Source: a virus
Taxonomy: Duplodnaviria; Caudoviricetes
Reading direction: 5' to 3' (one strand)
Virus record (IMG/VR): IMGVR_UViG_3300009514_000025
Location: 1-61,657 of that record
Length of the DNA: 61,657 bases
Shown here in pieces: positions 17,355 to 27,436 of this stretch (positions are counted from its first letter, which is position 1; each line of letters opens with the position of its first letter). The notes under the pieces are model-generated. The model was given only the letters and a program-made list of their open reading frames with translations. It had not been told where the DNA came from and did no database searches. The position numbers and the translations under genes were made by a program.

Positions 17355-18214
17355 GACAATGGATTGATTGGTGCAGTTATTTTTACAACTTTGCCACAAT
17401 CCTTACACTTCGTTTTATAAACAAAATCTGGACCCCAATCACTTGTTTTTTCAATAGCTTCAGATAGATTACCAATCCAACCAGCTGGAATAGTTTGCAA
17501 CCATTCTCTTATCATATTTTTATCAACAATATCATCTACAGAACTAATCACACTCATGATAGTATCAATTATACTTTCTGTTTCTTCTTCTGGAGTAAAA
17601 TCGCCGTTCGGGTCAATATTCTGTAGCATTTTGATTACATCTTTAAAACGTGATGGATGCATTTTAACGGTCTGTCCATTATTAATCTTTGTCGTATAGA
17701 TGCTTCCAATGGTAGTAGGATCGATACGTTTTGTATTTTTAACAAAATGATTAATATCTATAGAGTATTCATGTGATTTTGCATCTTCACAATCGTGTGT
17801 ATAGACAATATTAAAAAAATCACCGAATGTTATTTTCCTTAGACATATCATAAGAAAGTCTATATCTTTAGCAAACAATTCTTTGGGTTTTATAATTTGT
17901 GGTATGCATCGTTTGAATATCTTTTCTACCGCTTCACCAGAGAATAATAAATCTGGTGTTTTTATTAACACCTCATCATATGCGGTCATTGGTTGAACAT
18001 GGACTTCGCCATCTATTACATCATCTGCCAATTCACCATTTTTATAAAAAAGCCCACCAGATGGTATTTTGAAAGTTGATCCTGGCATATGAACACGTGC
18101 CAATAGGGGATTTACCACTGTTGGCGTTTGAACTATTGTTTCGGCAACTGGAGCTGGTATAGCAGGCCAATCCCAATCTGCAGTCACATTTTGTTCATCT
18201 TTAATATTATCCAT
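17342..18214 (-). CDS. gp26-like baseplate hub assembly/tail chaperone
   Basis: NPLL...IPSGGLFY...VQPMTAYDEVLIKTPDLLFSGEA...DIDFLMICLRKITFG; C-terminal CKDC...NPLSFF. Confidence 0.75.
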   Translation of the reverse strand: MDNIKDEQNVTADWDWPAIPAPVAETIVQTPTVVNPLLARVHMPGSTFKIPSGGLFYKNGELADDVIDGEVHVQPMTAYDEVLIKTPDLLFSGEAVEKIFKRCIPQIIKPKELFAKDIDFLMICLRKITFGDFFNIVYTHDCEDAKSHEYSIDINHFVKNTKRIDPTTIGSIYTTKINNGQTVKMHPSRFKDVIKMLQNIDPNGDFTPEEETESIIDTIMSVISSVDDIVDKNMIREWLQTIPAGWIGNLSEAIEKTSDWGPDFVYKTKCKDCGKVVKITAPINPLSFFM

Positions 18215-18337
18215 GTATTTCTCCTATAATGTTATATTTCTATATTTATCAATAATATCATTGTATTTATTACTTGTTTTTGCATAGTACTCATAAGATA
18301 AATATAGGAATAGTTTGCATATATTTAGGTTATCATA

Positions 18338-20716
18338 ATGGCATTGACACCAGAACAAAATGAAATTCTTCAAGCATTAGCAGCAGCAGTCAAAGCATCG
18401 GCCGGCGGCGGATTGGGCGCTGGCGTCCGTGAACCCGTCGCCGGTGGACGCAGAGGTAGATCTACTGAAGAACGCGAAGCAGAAGCAGAAAAGAAAAGAT
18501 TTGAATCAGGACTTAAGGATTTAAGTAAAGCAGATAAAGCCATAAGAAATCTCAATAAGTCTTTTGATGATATGAAAGGCTCGTTCAGATATGCCAAAGA
18601 TCTTAAAACTCTTCCAGCTAACTTACGTAAAAGCATGGAAGAATCAAATATACAAGCCGTTCAGAAGATGGCTGCCACGGTTAATAGTTTGGAAGATGTA
18701 TTTAAGATTGAAGATCAGCTTGCTGCCAATCAAAGATTAATCAATACCCTTAACAAGTATAAAGATAAGACAGTAGCCACAGGCGAACAATTTGATGAAA
18801 TCGCTGAAGCTGCTAAAGAAGCAGGTGTTCCAATAAGCAGATTAATTGATCCAACGACAAAGACTGTTAAAAATTTCAGTAACCTACAAGAAGAAACAGA
18901 TGCGCTTGCGGACGCCATGGATGATGCGGCCAGAAAAACTACACGAATGACGAGGGCTGTTGCTGCCGCTACTGAAGCATATAACAAACACAAACAAGCA
19001 TTAAAAGATTCTTTTAATGCTTTCGTTGAAGAAAACCGAATTATGCGCGAACGCGCAGCCAATGATTCTAAGTACTCTGATGCTTTGATTGGTTTGGGTA
19101 TATCAATGAAAGATTGGACAAATATCCTTGCTGATAATCGTGCAACACAACAAGCGATGGCTACCGGTGGCAGAGATTTTACAGCGGAAATTAAATCTGG
19201 TGCTACGCAGATGCGCAAGTTTAGTTACGATAATGTTCAGGCAGCCAAAACAACTGCACAGATGATGAAAGGCATCTCTGGATTTGGTGTAAGTCAAAAA
19301 AATCTTGGTGGTGCGCTTGATGAACAAATAAAAATGTATAAAGAAAACTTTAGAGTTTTCGATATGACCGCTGAAGCATTTGCACAATATACTGAACAGT
19401 TGGTAGCAGATGCAGATATCCGTACAAATCTTACCTTAATGGCAGAAAAAGAACGAAAATCGTTCATTCTTAGTATACAGGCCCGCGAATCTGAACGATT
19501 GGAAATGGGTTATACTATGGAACAGGCACGTGAATTAACGAAAACTTTTGCTAAATTGGCAGGCGAAACACCCAAAGAAAGAATGAAAAAAGCAGCTAAG
19601 CAACGTGCAATGATGGGCGCGCTTGGGATGAGTGCGGAAGGTGCAGAATTGCAGCAATTGATGATGAACATTAATACGATGCAAGGTAAGGAACGCGCTG
19701 ATGCCCTAAAAAGAATTGAAGAAATTCAACGTGGTGCTGCTAATCAATTAGCAGAAAGAAAACGCGAAGGGCTTGCTGCTGAAATGTTCTTTAGTCAAAT
19801 AGCAGAAAAGACAGGATTTGCAGATACTGCTAAAAACCTTGAAACGCTTACTATGACAGGTAAGGTGCGCGACAAAGCCGCAGCAACCCGCGATATGGCA
19901 GACCGTGAAGTTCCTTATCTAATCAGTTCTGGTCTTGATCTTCTAGGTTACATAAACGCATTCCAAGCAACATCTATCGGTTTATTGGGTGGCATATTGA
20001 TTGCACTCACTAAAGGTAAGTTATTGACTACGATGGGAAATGCCCTTAAAAATCTTAGAGCAGATTTTGGTAAAAGTTTTGGTGGACCAAAAGGTGGCAT
20101 TGGTGCAAAAGCAGGTGGTATGACAGGCAAAATCGTTGGCAAAATAGCAGCACCAATTGCAGGATTAGTTGCAGGATGGTCAAAATATGAAGAAGTAAAA
20201 GAAAAGGCAGAATTAACTGCAAGACAAAAGGTGGTTCAAGTAGGTGCTACTGGTGTTGGTGGCATGGGTGGCGCAATGGGTGGCGCAATGGCAGGGGCTG
20301 CAATAGGCTCAGTAGTTCCGGTAGTTGGAACTTTATTAGGTGGACTTATTGGCGGCGCACTTGGCGCGTGGGGTGGGTCAGAAGTTGGTGAAATTGTTGG
20401 TGAAGGCGTTAGTGGTCTTATGGATTCCCCGGAAGCACAAGCCGCTGTAGGTAAAAAGGTAGCTAAAGCAGCAGAAGAAACACCAGCAGCAAATTATCAG
20501 ACTGAAGCAGCGCGTGCTATGTCCGAAGGTAGAGCACCAGAAATGACACCAGCAGAATGGCAAAATCAATTAATCACAACATTACGAGAACTTCAATCTT
20601 ACCTGAAAGTTGTCAATGAACAAAATATGGAACTAGCAAGAGTCGGCGGCAAACAAGCTAATGCTGTTATTGAAGGTATTCGTTTTAATTCGTTTAAAGG
20701 TGCAACAACTGCATAA
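18338..20716 (+). CDS. Putative tape measure protein
   Basis: 792 aa, Ala-rich helical; C-terminal glycine zipper GAMAGAAIGSVVPVVGTLLGGLIGGALG; ATAAATA at 18298. Confidence 0.7.
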   Translation: MALTPEQNEILQALAAAVKASAGGGLGAGVREPVAGGRRGRSTEEREAEAEKKRFESGLKDLSKADKAIRNLNKSFDDMKGSFRYAKDLKTLPANLRKSMEESNIQAVQKMAATVNSLEDVFKIEDQLAANQRLINTLNKYKDKTVATGEQFDEIAEAAKEAGVPISRLIDPTTKTVKNFSNLQEETDALADAMDDAARKTTRMTRAVAAATEAYNKHKQALKDSFNAFVEENRIMRERAANDSKYSDALIGLGISMKDWTNILADNRATQQAMATGGRDFTAEIKSGATQMRKFSYDNVQAAKTTAQMMKGISGFGVSQKNLGGALDEQIKMYKENFRVFDMTAEAFAQYTEQLVADADIRTNLTLMAEKERKSFILSIQARESERLEMGYTMEQARELTKTFAKLAGETPKERMKKAAKQRAMMGALGMSAEGAELQQLMMNINTMQGKERADALKRIEEIQRGAANQLAERKREGLAAEMFFSQIAEKTGFADTAKNLETLTMTGKVRDKAAATRDMADREVPYLISSGLDLLGYINAFQATSIGLLGGILIALTKGKLLTTMGNALKNLRADFGKSFGGPKGGIGAKAGGMTGKIVGKIAAPIAGLVAGWSKYEEVKEKAELTARQKVVQVGATGVGGMGGAMGGAMAGAAIGSVVPVVGTLLGGLIGGALGAWGGSEVGEIVGEGVSGLMDSPEAQAAVGKKVAKAAEETPAANYQTEAARAMSEGRAPEMTPAEWQNQLITTLRELQSYLKVVNEQNMELARVGGKQANAVIEGIRFNSFKGATTA

Positions 20717-20800
20717 AAAGACATACCGCATTGTTTACTGAAAAATGGCACTGATAAATATATCTAAAGCATTACAATTATACATTAAAAGAACTTACTT

Positions 20801-22435
20801 ATGACAGCAAAATGGACAGGATATTTTAAGGTTGTAACCCCACAACAGTCAACCACGAAAATGACAGACAGCCAAGAAATGGCTGATGCTGGCGCATATA
20901 ATAATTATACTTGGTATCAACGTTTAATTCAAGGCTCTGCTTCTCGTATGACACGTTATCGTGAATATGATTTAATGGATAATGATATTGAAGTTGCGCG
21001 AGCGCTCGATACAATCGCAGAAGAAATGACAGGAAATAATCCTAAAACAAAAGAACCATTAAAGCTTGATATCTTAACAGAAGACGAAGACAATGTTGAA
21101 AGTGTTGCAGTCTTAACCTTAAAGGCGGCGCTTCGACGTTGGGCACAGATGCATAAGTTTCCAAATCGCCTTTATGGTATCGCCCGTTTAACTATTAAAT
21201 ATGGTGATGTATTTTTTCGTAAAGGCAAAAAATTAAGTGATAAATGGGAATTTATACATCCAAAAAATGTTCTTGCTGCTGTAGTTGACCAGAATGATGC
21301 AACAAAAGTTATGGCATGGCAAATTAAAAAAGATATTGAAAAACCAAGAACAGGTGGTTATTCAATGCCTATTGGTGCAAAACAAGACTCTGCACACGAA
21401 AGCGAAATTATAGATGCGAATGAGATTATTCGTTTCTCTTTAAATGATGATATGGCAGATACACAGCCATTTGGTGAATCTGTTCTTCGCCCAGTTTATC
21501 GTTCACATAAACAAAAAGAACTGTTAGAAGATGCGGTTATCATTTATCGTGTACAGCGTGCACCAGAACGCCGCGTATTTTATATTGATGTTGGTAAGAT
21601 GCCTCCACAACGTGTAAAACAATATTTGGAAGGTATTAAGAACGAAATCAAACAAAAGAAAATTCCAACTATGAATGGTGGTCAAAATGAAGTTGACTCC
21701 GTTTATAATCCACATTCAATGAACGAAGACTTCTTCTTCGCATCGCGTCCAGATGGTCGCGGTTCCCGTGTTGAAACATTACCAGGTGGTCAAGGTCTTG
21801 GTGAATTATCAGATCTCGAATACTTTCAACGTAAAGTATGGCGTGGTTTGAAAGTTCCTGTTTCTTATATGATTGAACAACAGGAAGGTGGACAGATTTG
21901 GAATGATGGTAAAGTAGGCATTGCTTATATTCAAGAATTGCGTTTCTCCTTATATGTTGAAAGATTACAAGGTTATATTGAAGAAGTATTAGACGAAGAA
22001 TTTAAATCATTTTTACGTAAGACGAATATTCGTATTGATGAATCAATGTATCGTATTATGCTTCCAGAGCCTTCTAATTTTGGCAAGTACCGTCAACTTG
22101 AATTGGATAGTCAGTTACTCAGCGCATATACAACACCAGATGGTATTGGTTATATGTCTAAACGCTATGCAATGAAACGCTACTTGCAGATGTCAGATGA
22201 AGAAATCGTTACTAATGAACGTCTTAAACGCGAAGAATTGGGTCTTGATCCAGATGGTGATGATCCTAAAGACCTTCAACAAATTTATGGTGCTGCTGAA
22301 GAAGGTGCCCTCGGCGGCGGTGGTGCCCTTGGCGGCGGATTTGGCGGCGCAGAACTAGGTATGGGTGGCGCAGCTGCCCCAGAAGGTGGGATTGGTGCCG
22401 AAGCACCAGCCGGCGGAGAAGCGCCTCCAGCGTAA
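20801..22435 (+). CDS. Portal protein, gp20-like
   Basis: LLEDAVIIYRVQRAPERRVFYIDVGKMP, EDFFF, VETLPGG, LKVPVS motifs. Confidence 0.95.
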   Translation: MTAKWTGYFKVVTPQQSTTKMTDSQEMADAGAYNNYTWYQRLIQGSASRMTRYREYDLMDNDIEVARALDTIAEEMTGNNPKTKEPLKLDILTEDEDNVESVAVLTLKAALRRWAQMHKFPNRLYGIARLTIKYGDVFFRKGKKLSDKWEFIHPKNVLAAVVDQNDATKVMAWQIKKDIEKPRTGGYSMPIGAKQDSAHESEIIDANEIIRFSLNDDMADTQPFGESVLRPVYRSHKQKELLEDAVIIYRVQRAPERRVFYIDVGKMPPQRVKQYLEGIKNEIKQKKIPTMNGGQNEVDSVYNPHSMNEDFFFASRPDGRGSRVETLPGGQGLGELSDLEYFQRKVWRGLKVPVSYMIEQQEGGQIWNDGKVGIAYIQELRFSLYVERLQGYIEEVLDEEFKSFLRKTNIRIDESMYRIMLPEPSNFGKYRQLELDSQLLSAYTTPDGIGYMSKRYAMKRYLQMSDEEIVTNERLKREELGLDPDGDDPKDLQQIYGAAEEGALGGGGALGGGFGGAELGMGGAAAPEGGIGAEAPAGGEAPPA

Positions 22436-22481
22436 AAGTTTACATAAATATAATAGATCTTATAAATAAAAGGAGATAGTA

Positions 22482-22649
22482 ATGTCAGATAAAGAAGCAC
22501 TTAATAAAATGCTTGACAACTTAATTAATAATAAGGGTGAACAGGCAGAAGTTCATTTTCATGATTATTTACAAGGCAAGATGCAAGAAGTAATTCATGG
22601 TGATGAAGAAATAGTCGAAGAACCCGCCACTACAAACGACGAGGATTAA
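22482..22649 (+). CDS. Small prohead core protein (55 aa)
   Basis: Below track cutoff; TATAAATA at 22461 and AGGAG RBS; MSDKEALNKMLDNLINNKGEQAEVHFHDYLQGKMQEVIHG... Confidence 0.7.
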   Translation: MSDKEALNKMLDNLINNKGEQAEVHFHDYLQGKMQEVIHGDEEIVEEPATTNDED

Positions 22650-22653
22650 AAGA

Positions 22654-23097
22654 ATGGCTAGGGGTGATAAAAAGGAATTAACAGCAACGGAAATAAAGAA
22701 ACGGGCTATCCACAAGATGCTTGAATCTTTAATTACTGGTGATTCAGAAGAAGCTGGTAAGCAACTTCATGAATACCTGCAAATGAAAACGCGCGAATTG
22801 ATTGTTGGTGAAACTTCTGATGAAGAAGCGGTAGAAGAACAATCTAAAGAAGCAGCATTTGCCAATTCCGGTTCAGTCATGGATGATAATGTCAAAGGTG
22901 ATGTTAAATTTGAAAATGGCGGTAAGAAAACTCTTAAGAAGCATGGTAATGCTCCTAAAGAACTTGATGATGATAAAGTCGATAAGACTAAATTTAAGTC
23001 AGGTGGTAAACAGCCAGCTAAGGTTCTTGAGCCAACACCTAAACCTGAAAAGTTTGATGATGGTCGTAATAAAGATTTAGGTACAACCAAATCTTAA
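22654..23097 (+). CDS. Putative prohead core protein
   Basis: Between portal and protease; charged; N-terminal helix paralogous to the 55-aa ORF. Confidence 0.6.
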   Translation: MARGDKKELTATEIKKRAIHKMLESLITGDSEEAGKQLHEYLQMKTRELIVGETSDEEAVEEQSKEAAFANSGSVMDDNVKGDVKFENGGKKTLKKHGNAPKELDDDKVDKTKFKSGGKQPAKVLEPTPKPEKFDDGRNKDLGTTKS

Positions 23098-23113
23098 TTA
23101 AAAGGAATTAGTT

Positions 23114-23335
23114 ATGAGACTTGAAGAACTATTCGAAAAAGCTAAACCATCAGAAGGACTTACCAAAGAAGAAAAAGGCAAAATCGTTAAAAAAGCAAAA
23201 GCCGGTGAAGATATTGGTAAGAAAGGCAAAGGTTTTGAAAAAGTAAAAGCAGCTGCCAAGAAAGGGGGCGCAAAAGATCCAGAAGCTGTAGCAGCCGCGC
23301 AAATGTGGAAGCAGGAAGCAGCCAAAAAAGGCTAA
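23114..23335 (+). CDS. Small Lys-rich putative internal head protein
   Basis: MRLEELFE leader then K/A/G-rich body; AAGGA RBS. Confidence 0.6.
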   Translation: MRLEELFEKAKPSEGLTKEEKGKIVKKAKAGEDIGKKGKGFEKVKAAAKKGGAKDPEAVAAAQMWKQEAAKKG

Positions 23336-23344
23336 GGAAAGACT

Positions 23345-23983
23345 ATGAATAACCAATTACTATTTGAAGAATTATCGCCATCACAAGCTGGCTTGATTAA
23401 AGAATCATCCCCTGATGGTCAGAATACATGGCTTAATGGTATTTTTATGCAAGGTGGTGTAAAGAACCGCAATGGTCGTCTTTATCCTATGAATGAAATC
23501 CAAGCAGCAGTAACTTCTGCGCAGCAACGGATTAAGGAATCAAATGGTATTTTTGGTGAACTTGATCATCCACAAACATTGACAATTAACCTCGACAGAA
23601 TTTCACATGTTATTACTGAATTAAAAGTTGAAGGCAATAATGCAGTTGGTAAGGCAAAATTACTCAATACCCCTATGGGTAATATTGCTAAGGAACTTGC
23701 TAATTCTGGTGTTGCACTAGGTGTATCCTCGCGCGGTGCAGGACAGGTTAACGAAAGTGGTGGTGTGCAAGGATTTAATTTTGTTACTGTCGATATTGTT
23801 GCACAACCTTCCGCGCCCAATGCGTACCCAAATACGGTGATTGAATCATTAGATATGGCCAAGAATGGTCACAACATCCTTGAACTTTCGGAAGCGGTAA
23901 GACATGATCCAGCTGCACAAAGATATTTCAAAAAAGAAATTGAAAAGTGGATAAACACAGGATTATTTGCTAAACGCAAATAA
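23345..23983 (+). CDS. Prohead protease, gp21-like
   Basis: GIFMQ..KNRNGRLYP, GELDHP, GVSSRGAG, DIVAQPSAPNAY. Confidence 0.95.
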   Translation: MNNQLLFEELSPSQAGLIKESSPDGQNTWLNGIFMQGGVKNRNGRLYPMNEIQAAVTSAQQRIKESNGIFGELDHPQTLTINLDRISHVITELKVEGNNAVGKAKLLNTPMGNIAKELANSGVALGVSSRGAGQVNESGGVQGFNFVTVDIVAQPSAPNAYPNTVIESLDMAKNGHNILELSEAVRHDPAAQRYFKKEIEKWINTGLFAKRK

Positions 23984-24044
23984 AAATTTAAAAAAGTTCA
24001 AATAATCTACATTTTTTAATATACTTTAAGTATATGAAAATACT

Positions 24045-24081
24045 AAGGATTTTGTCTTACACAAGACAAAATCCTTTTTTT
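24045..24081 (+). terminator. Intrinsic terminator, 14-bp perfect stem
   Basis: AAGGATTTTGTCTT ACAC AAGACAAAATCCTT followed by a T run. Confidence 0.7.
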
Positions 24082-24166
24082 GTGATGCACTTAATAAATA
24101 TTTAACATAGAAAAATAAGTAACTATTTGAATTACAAAATAGTTTTAATTTTTAGGAGAAAAAACA

Positions 24167-25144
24167 ATGGAAGAACTGCTGCAAAAACTATTGGAAGCAG
24201 AAGTGCTATCTGAGGATACTAAAAAAGAATTAGAAGGTGCTTTCCAAAAGAAATTGGACGAAGCGATTACTGCTGCCAAAGATGATGCCGCAGCAGATGT
24301 TCGCGCTGAACTTACTGAACAGTGGGTTACGGAACGCGATCAGCTTGTAGAAGCTGTCGATACCAAGGTTACAGAATTCCTTGCGAAGGAAGTCGAAGAA
24401 CTTAAAGAAGACATTGAGCGTTTTCGCGATCTTGAAGCTGAATATGCTGAAAAGTTGGTTGAATCTAAAGCTGCTATGTCTGATGAGTTAAAAGATGATT
24501 TGATGGAACTCGTAGAAAAAGTTGATGCATTCTTGGAAATCCGCCTTAGTGCTGAAATCGAAGAATTGCGCGAAGATCTTGAAAATGTTCGTAAGAATGA
24601 TTTTGGTCGTCGTGTATTTGAAGCATTTGCTGAAGAATTTACAATTAATTATGCTGATGAAGATTCAGCAGAAAATACATTGCGTGAAACAACTGAACGT
24701 CTTAAAGACGTTGAAGAAGCACTTCAAGAATCTGAAACTAAGCGTCAGGAAATTGAACGTACTATTGCAATGGAAACAGTTTTATCACCTCTTGCTGGTC
24801 GCCAGCGTGAAGTGATGGAAGCAATCCTCCGAAATGTTGACACGGAACATTTGGAAGAAGGCTATAAGACCTTTATTGGTCGCGTAATCCGTGAAACAGA
24901 TAGCTCAGAGAAGGAAGATTCAGTACTAGCTGAGAGTGATGATAATGATGACGATGATGACAAGGACGACAAAGATTCTAAGAAGAAGTCTAAGAAATGT
25001 AAAGATAAAGACGACGACAAGGAAGAAAAAGTCGAAGAAGGTCGTAAAGTCACTGGCGATACCGAAGAAATGGTAATGGAAACAGCTGATCCTGCAAACG
25101 CAGCGCGGCTTGCATATTTTCGTAAACTCGCAGGCATTGAATAA
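24167..25144 (+). CDS. Prohead scaffold, gp22-like
   Basis: Acidic coiled coil, FGRRVFEAFAEEF, ends RKLAGIE; between protease and capsid; ATAAATA at 24094. Confidence 0.88.
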   Translation: MEELLQKLLEAEVLSEDTKKELEGAFQKKLDEAITAAKDDAAADVRAELTEQWVTERDQLVEAVDTKVTEFLAKEVEELKEDIERFRDLEAEYAEKLVESKAAMSDELKDDLMELVEKVDAFLEIRLSAEIEELREDLENVRKNDFGRRVFEAFAEEFTINYADEDSAENTLRETTERLKDVEEALQESETKRQEIERTIAMETVLSPLAGRQREVMEAILRNVDTEHLEEGYKTFIGRVIRETDSSEKEDSVLAESDDNDDDDDKDDKDSKKKSKKCKDKDDDKEEKVEEGRKVTGDTEEMVMETADPANAARLAYFRKLAGIE

Positions 25145-25172
25145 TCTAACTTACTTCTAGGAGAAAACAAAA

Positions 25173-26648
25173 ATGAATGAATTATTCGAAAATTGGTCAG
25201 AAACGAAAGCAGCATTGCTTGAAGGTCTTTCCGCACAAAAACAAAAGGTTGTAGCACCTTTGCTGGAAAATCAGAAAGATCATTTGATCGCTGAATCCGC
25301 CGCAGCAGGTTCTACACAAGCACATGACATCGCTGGATTTCGTAAAATCTTAATTCCAATGATTCGTCGTATTATTCCAGGCACAATTGCTACTGAGCTT
25401 GTTGGTGTTCAGCCAATGACTGGTCCGGTTGGTCTTGTTTACACTTTGCGTTATCGTTACGCAGAAGCTGTAACTGCTACTTCACATGCTAACCCATTTG
25501 GCTTTACTGGTGCAATTAGTGTTGATGATGAAGTATTCGGTAACAGTTCACCAATCCGTCAGTGGTACTCTGGTGCTGCTGGTGATGGTACTGCTTCACC
25601 TAACACACTTCCAACAAATCAAATCCCAGGTGCTGGTGCAATTGATAACTCATATTCAATGGGTTCTGGTTCACCTGCAACAGGCGCACCAGGAATTGAT
25701 GCAGCATCTGCAAATGGTATGGCATGGCCTTCAAGCCTTGGCGCGTCTGCAGGTAACACTGGTTATGTTGATGGCCTTGGTCAGACAGTGGCTGGTTCAG
25801 TTTGGGGTGGTTCTGGTAGCTACATCGAAGGTTCTGGTGGTCGTAAGATGACTATGGACGTTGTTAGTCAGTCTGTTGAAGCTGGTAGCCGTAAGTTACA
25901 AGCTGGCTGGACTATTGAAGCTATGCAGGATCTTAATGCACAACATGGTCTTGATCTTGAATCTGAAATGACACAGGCATTGTCTGCTGAAATCGTTCAG
26001 GAAATCGACCAAGAAATCATCACTGATCTTCTTGCCCTTGCTGGCACAGTTGATACATTTGATGGTTCTGCTGCGGGTGCCTATGGTACTGGCGGTAATT
26101 ATACACCTGCTTATGTTGGTGATCGTCTTGCTAACCTTGGGGTTGTTATCAATCGCGTAGCAAACGAAATCGCACGTAAGACACGTCGTGGTGCTGGTAA
26201 CTTCATCGTTGTTTCACCATTGATTGTTTCTGTTCTTCAGTCTGCTGCTAAGTCTGTCTTTGCACCTGCTGTTGATGGTTCATTCAAGGGCCCAAACAAC
26301 ACAATGTTGGTTGGTACGCTTAACGGCACAATCAAGGTTTATAGCTATCTTTGGAACCAAGCTGGTTCTGGTATTGACATGGGCGGCGTCGCTTCCCCTA
26401 GCAATGCTGACGATACTATTCTCGTTGGTTATAAAGGTGGTAATGGAGAAACTGATACCGGTTACTTCTATTGCCCATACATTCCATTGATGTCTTCTGG
26501 TGTTGTTGTTAACCCAACAACGTTCCAACCAGTTGTTAGTTTGATGACTCGCTACGGCAAGTCCGTCTTCACTAACACGCAAACATCTTTGGGTAACAGT
26601 GCTGATTACTACGGTAAGATCACGGTTGCAAACCTTGACCTTGCTTAA
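25173..26648 (+). CDS. Major capsid protein, gp23-like
   Basis: GVQPMTGPVGLVYTLRYRY, SRKLQAGWTIEAMQDL, EIDQEII, TRRGAGNF, GYFYCPYIPL, TRYG. Confidence 0.96.
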   Translation: MNELFENWSETKAALLEGLSAQKQKVVAPLLENQKDHLIAESAAAGSTQAHDIAGFRKILIPMIRRIIPGTIATELVGVQPMTGPVGLVYTLRYRYAEAVTATSHANPFGFTGAISVDDEVFGNSSPIRQWYSGAAGDGTASPNTLPTNQIPGAGAIDNSYSMGSGSPATGAPGIDAASANGMAWPSSLGASAGNTGYVDGLGQTVAGSVWGGSGSYIEGSGGRKMTMDVVSQSVEAGSRKLQAGWTIEAMQDLNAQHGLDLESEMTQALSAEIVQEIDQEIITDLLALAGTVDTFDGSAAGAYGTGGNYTPAYVGDRLANLGVVINRVANEIARKTRRGAGNFIVVSPLIVSVLQSAAKSVFAPAVDGSFKGPNNTMLVGTLNGTIKVYSYLWNQAGSGIDMGGVASPSNADDTILVGYKGGNGETDTGYFYCPYIPLMSSGVVVNPTTFQPVVSLMTRYGKSVFTNTQTSLGNSADYYGKITVANLDLA

Positions 26649-26659
26649 TTAGCAAACTA

Positions 26660-26675
26660 GTTACATGGATGTAAC
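26660..26675 (+). promoter_or_regulatory. CsrA/RsmA-type GGA hairpin in capsid 3' UTR
   Basis: GTTAC ATGGAT GTAAC fits (A/U)CANGGANG(U/A). Confidence 0.55.
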
Positions 26676-26677
26676 AG

Positions 26678-26703
26678 AAAAGCCCTCTTCGGAGGGCTTT
26701 TTT
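26678..26703 (+). terminator. Intrinsic terminator after the capsid gene
   Basis: AAAAGCCCTC TTCG GAGGGCTTTTTT. Confidence 0.92.
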
Positions 26704-26793
26704 ATTGGACATAAATAATAGAAATTAAGATAACATAACGTTCACAAATATAAATAATAATGACAATTAAAAAACAATAGATGGATTTTTGCA

Positions 26794-27132
26794 ATGCGAA
26801 CCAATCTTACCTTTAAGGAATATCTTGAATCGAAAGAAAAGCTAAGAGAAGCTATTAAAGTTACTCCTAAACAAACGGTGGAATACACAGTTTATAAGTA
26901 TTGTAAACTTGTCGTCGGCGAATCGAAAGATGAAAAAGAACAAGTAAATTTAAAACCAAATCAAAAAATTATTGTAGAATGGCTCTATAATGATATTGAT
27001 AATCCCACCCCCTTAAATATTACCTTTGAAGGCGTTTGTCCTGATATAGATTCCCTTGAATATAATAGTTATTGGCAGCCACAAAAACTACAAAAATGGC
27101 TATTAAAAAATACCCGCGAAGAAAGATCTTAA
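26794..27132 (+). CDS. Hypothetical late protein
   Basis: TATAAATA at 26749; TFKEYLE leader. Confidence 0.65.
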   Translation: MRTNLTFKEYLESKEKLREAIKVTPKQTVEYTVYKYCKLVVGESKDEKEQVNLKPNQKIIVEWLYNDIDNPTPLNITFEGVCPDIDSLEYNSYWQPQKLQKWLLKNTREERS

Positions 27133-27183
27133 TTTTTAACACTTAATACATAAATATAAGAAAGCCATACACGGGGATTGAAC

Positions 27184-27369
27184 ATGATTACTTTTAGAGA
27201 ATTTTTACTTAAGGAAGCCACTGGTGTAACAGATTATAATCCACCAAGTCAAGGCGGAACACGCTCTGAACTTTTGGCAAAATTTGCTAAATCAAAAGAT
27301 CCCAAAGATGCAGAACTCGCTAGAAAATCTGGCGCTACCCAAGAAGAACTTAAAAAAGCATCCAAATAA
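27184..27369 (+). CDS. Small hypothetical late protein (possible internal head protein)
   Basis: ATAAATA at 27150; MITFREFLLKE leader. Confidence 0.55.
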   Translation: MITFREFLLKEATGVTDYNPPSQGGTRSELLAKFAKSKDPKDAELARKSGATQEELKKASK

Positions 27370-27436
27370 CATCAACAAATCCCATTCCCACCTGCCAATA
27401 GTATAAATACTTTGTAGCATACTACAGGAGTGTTAT

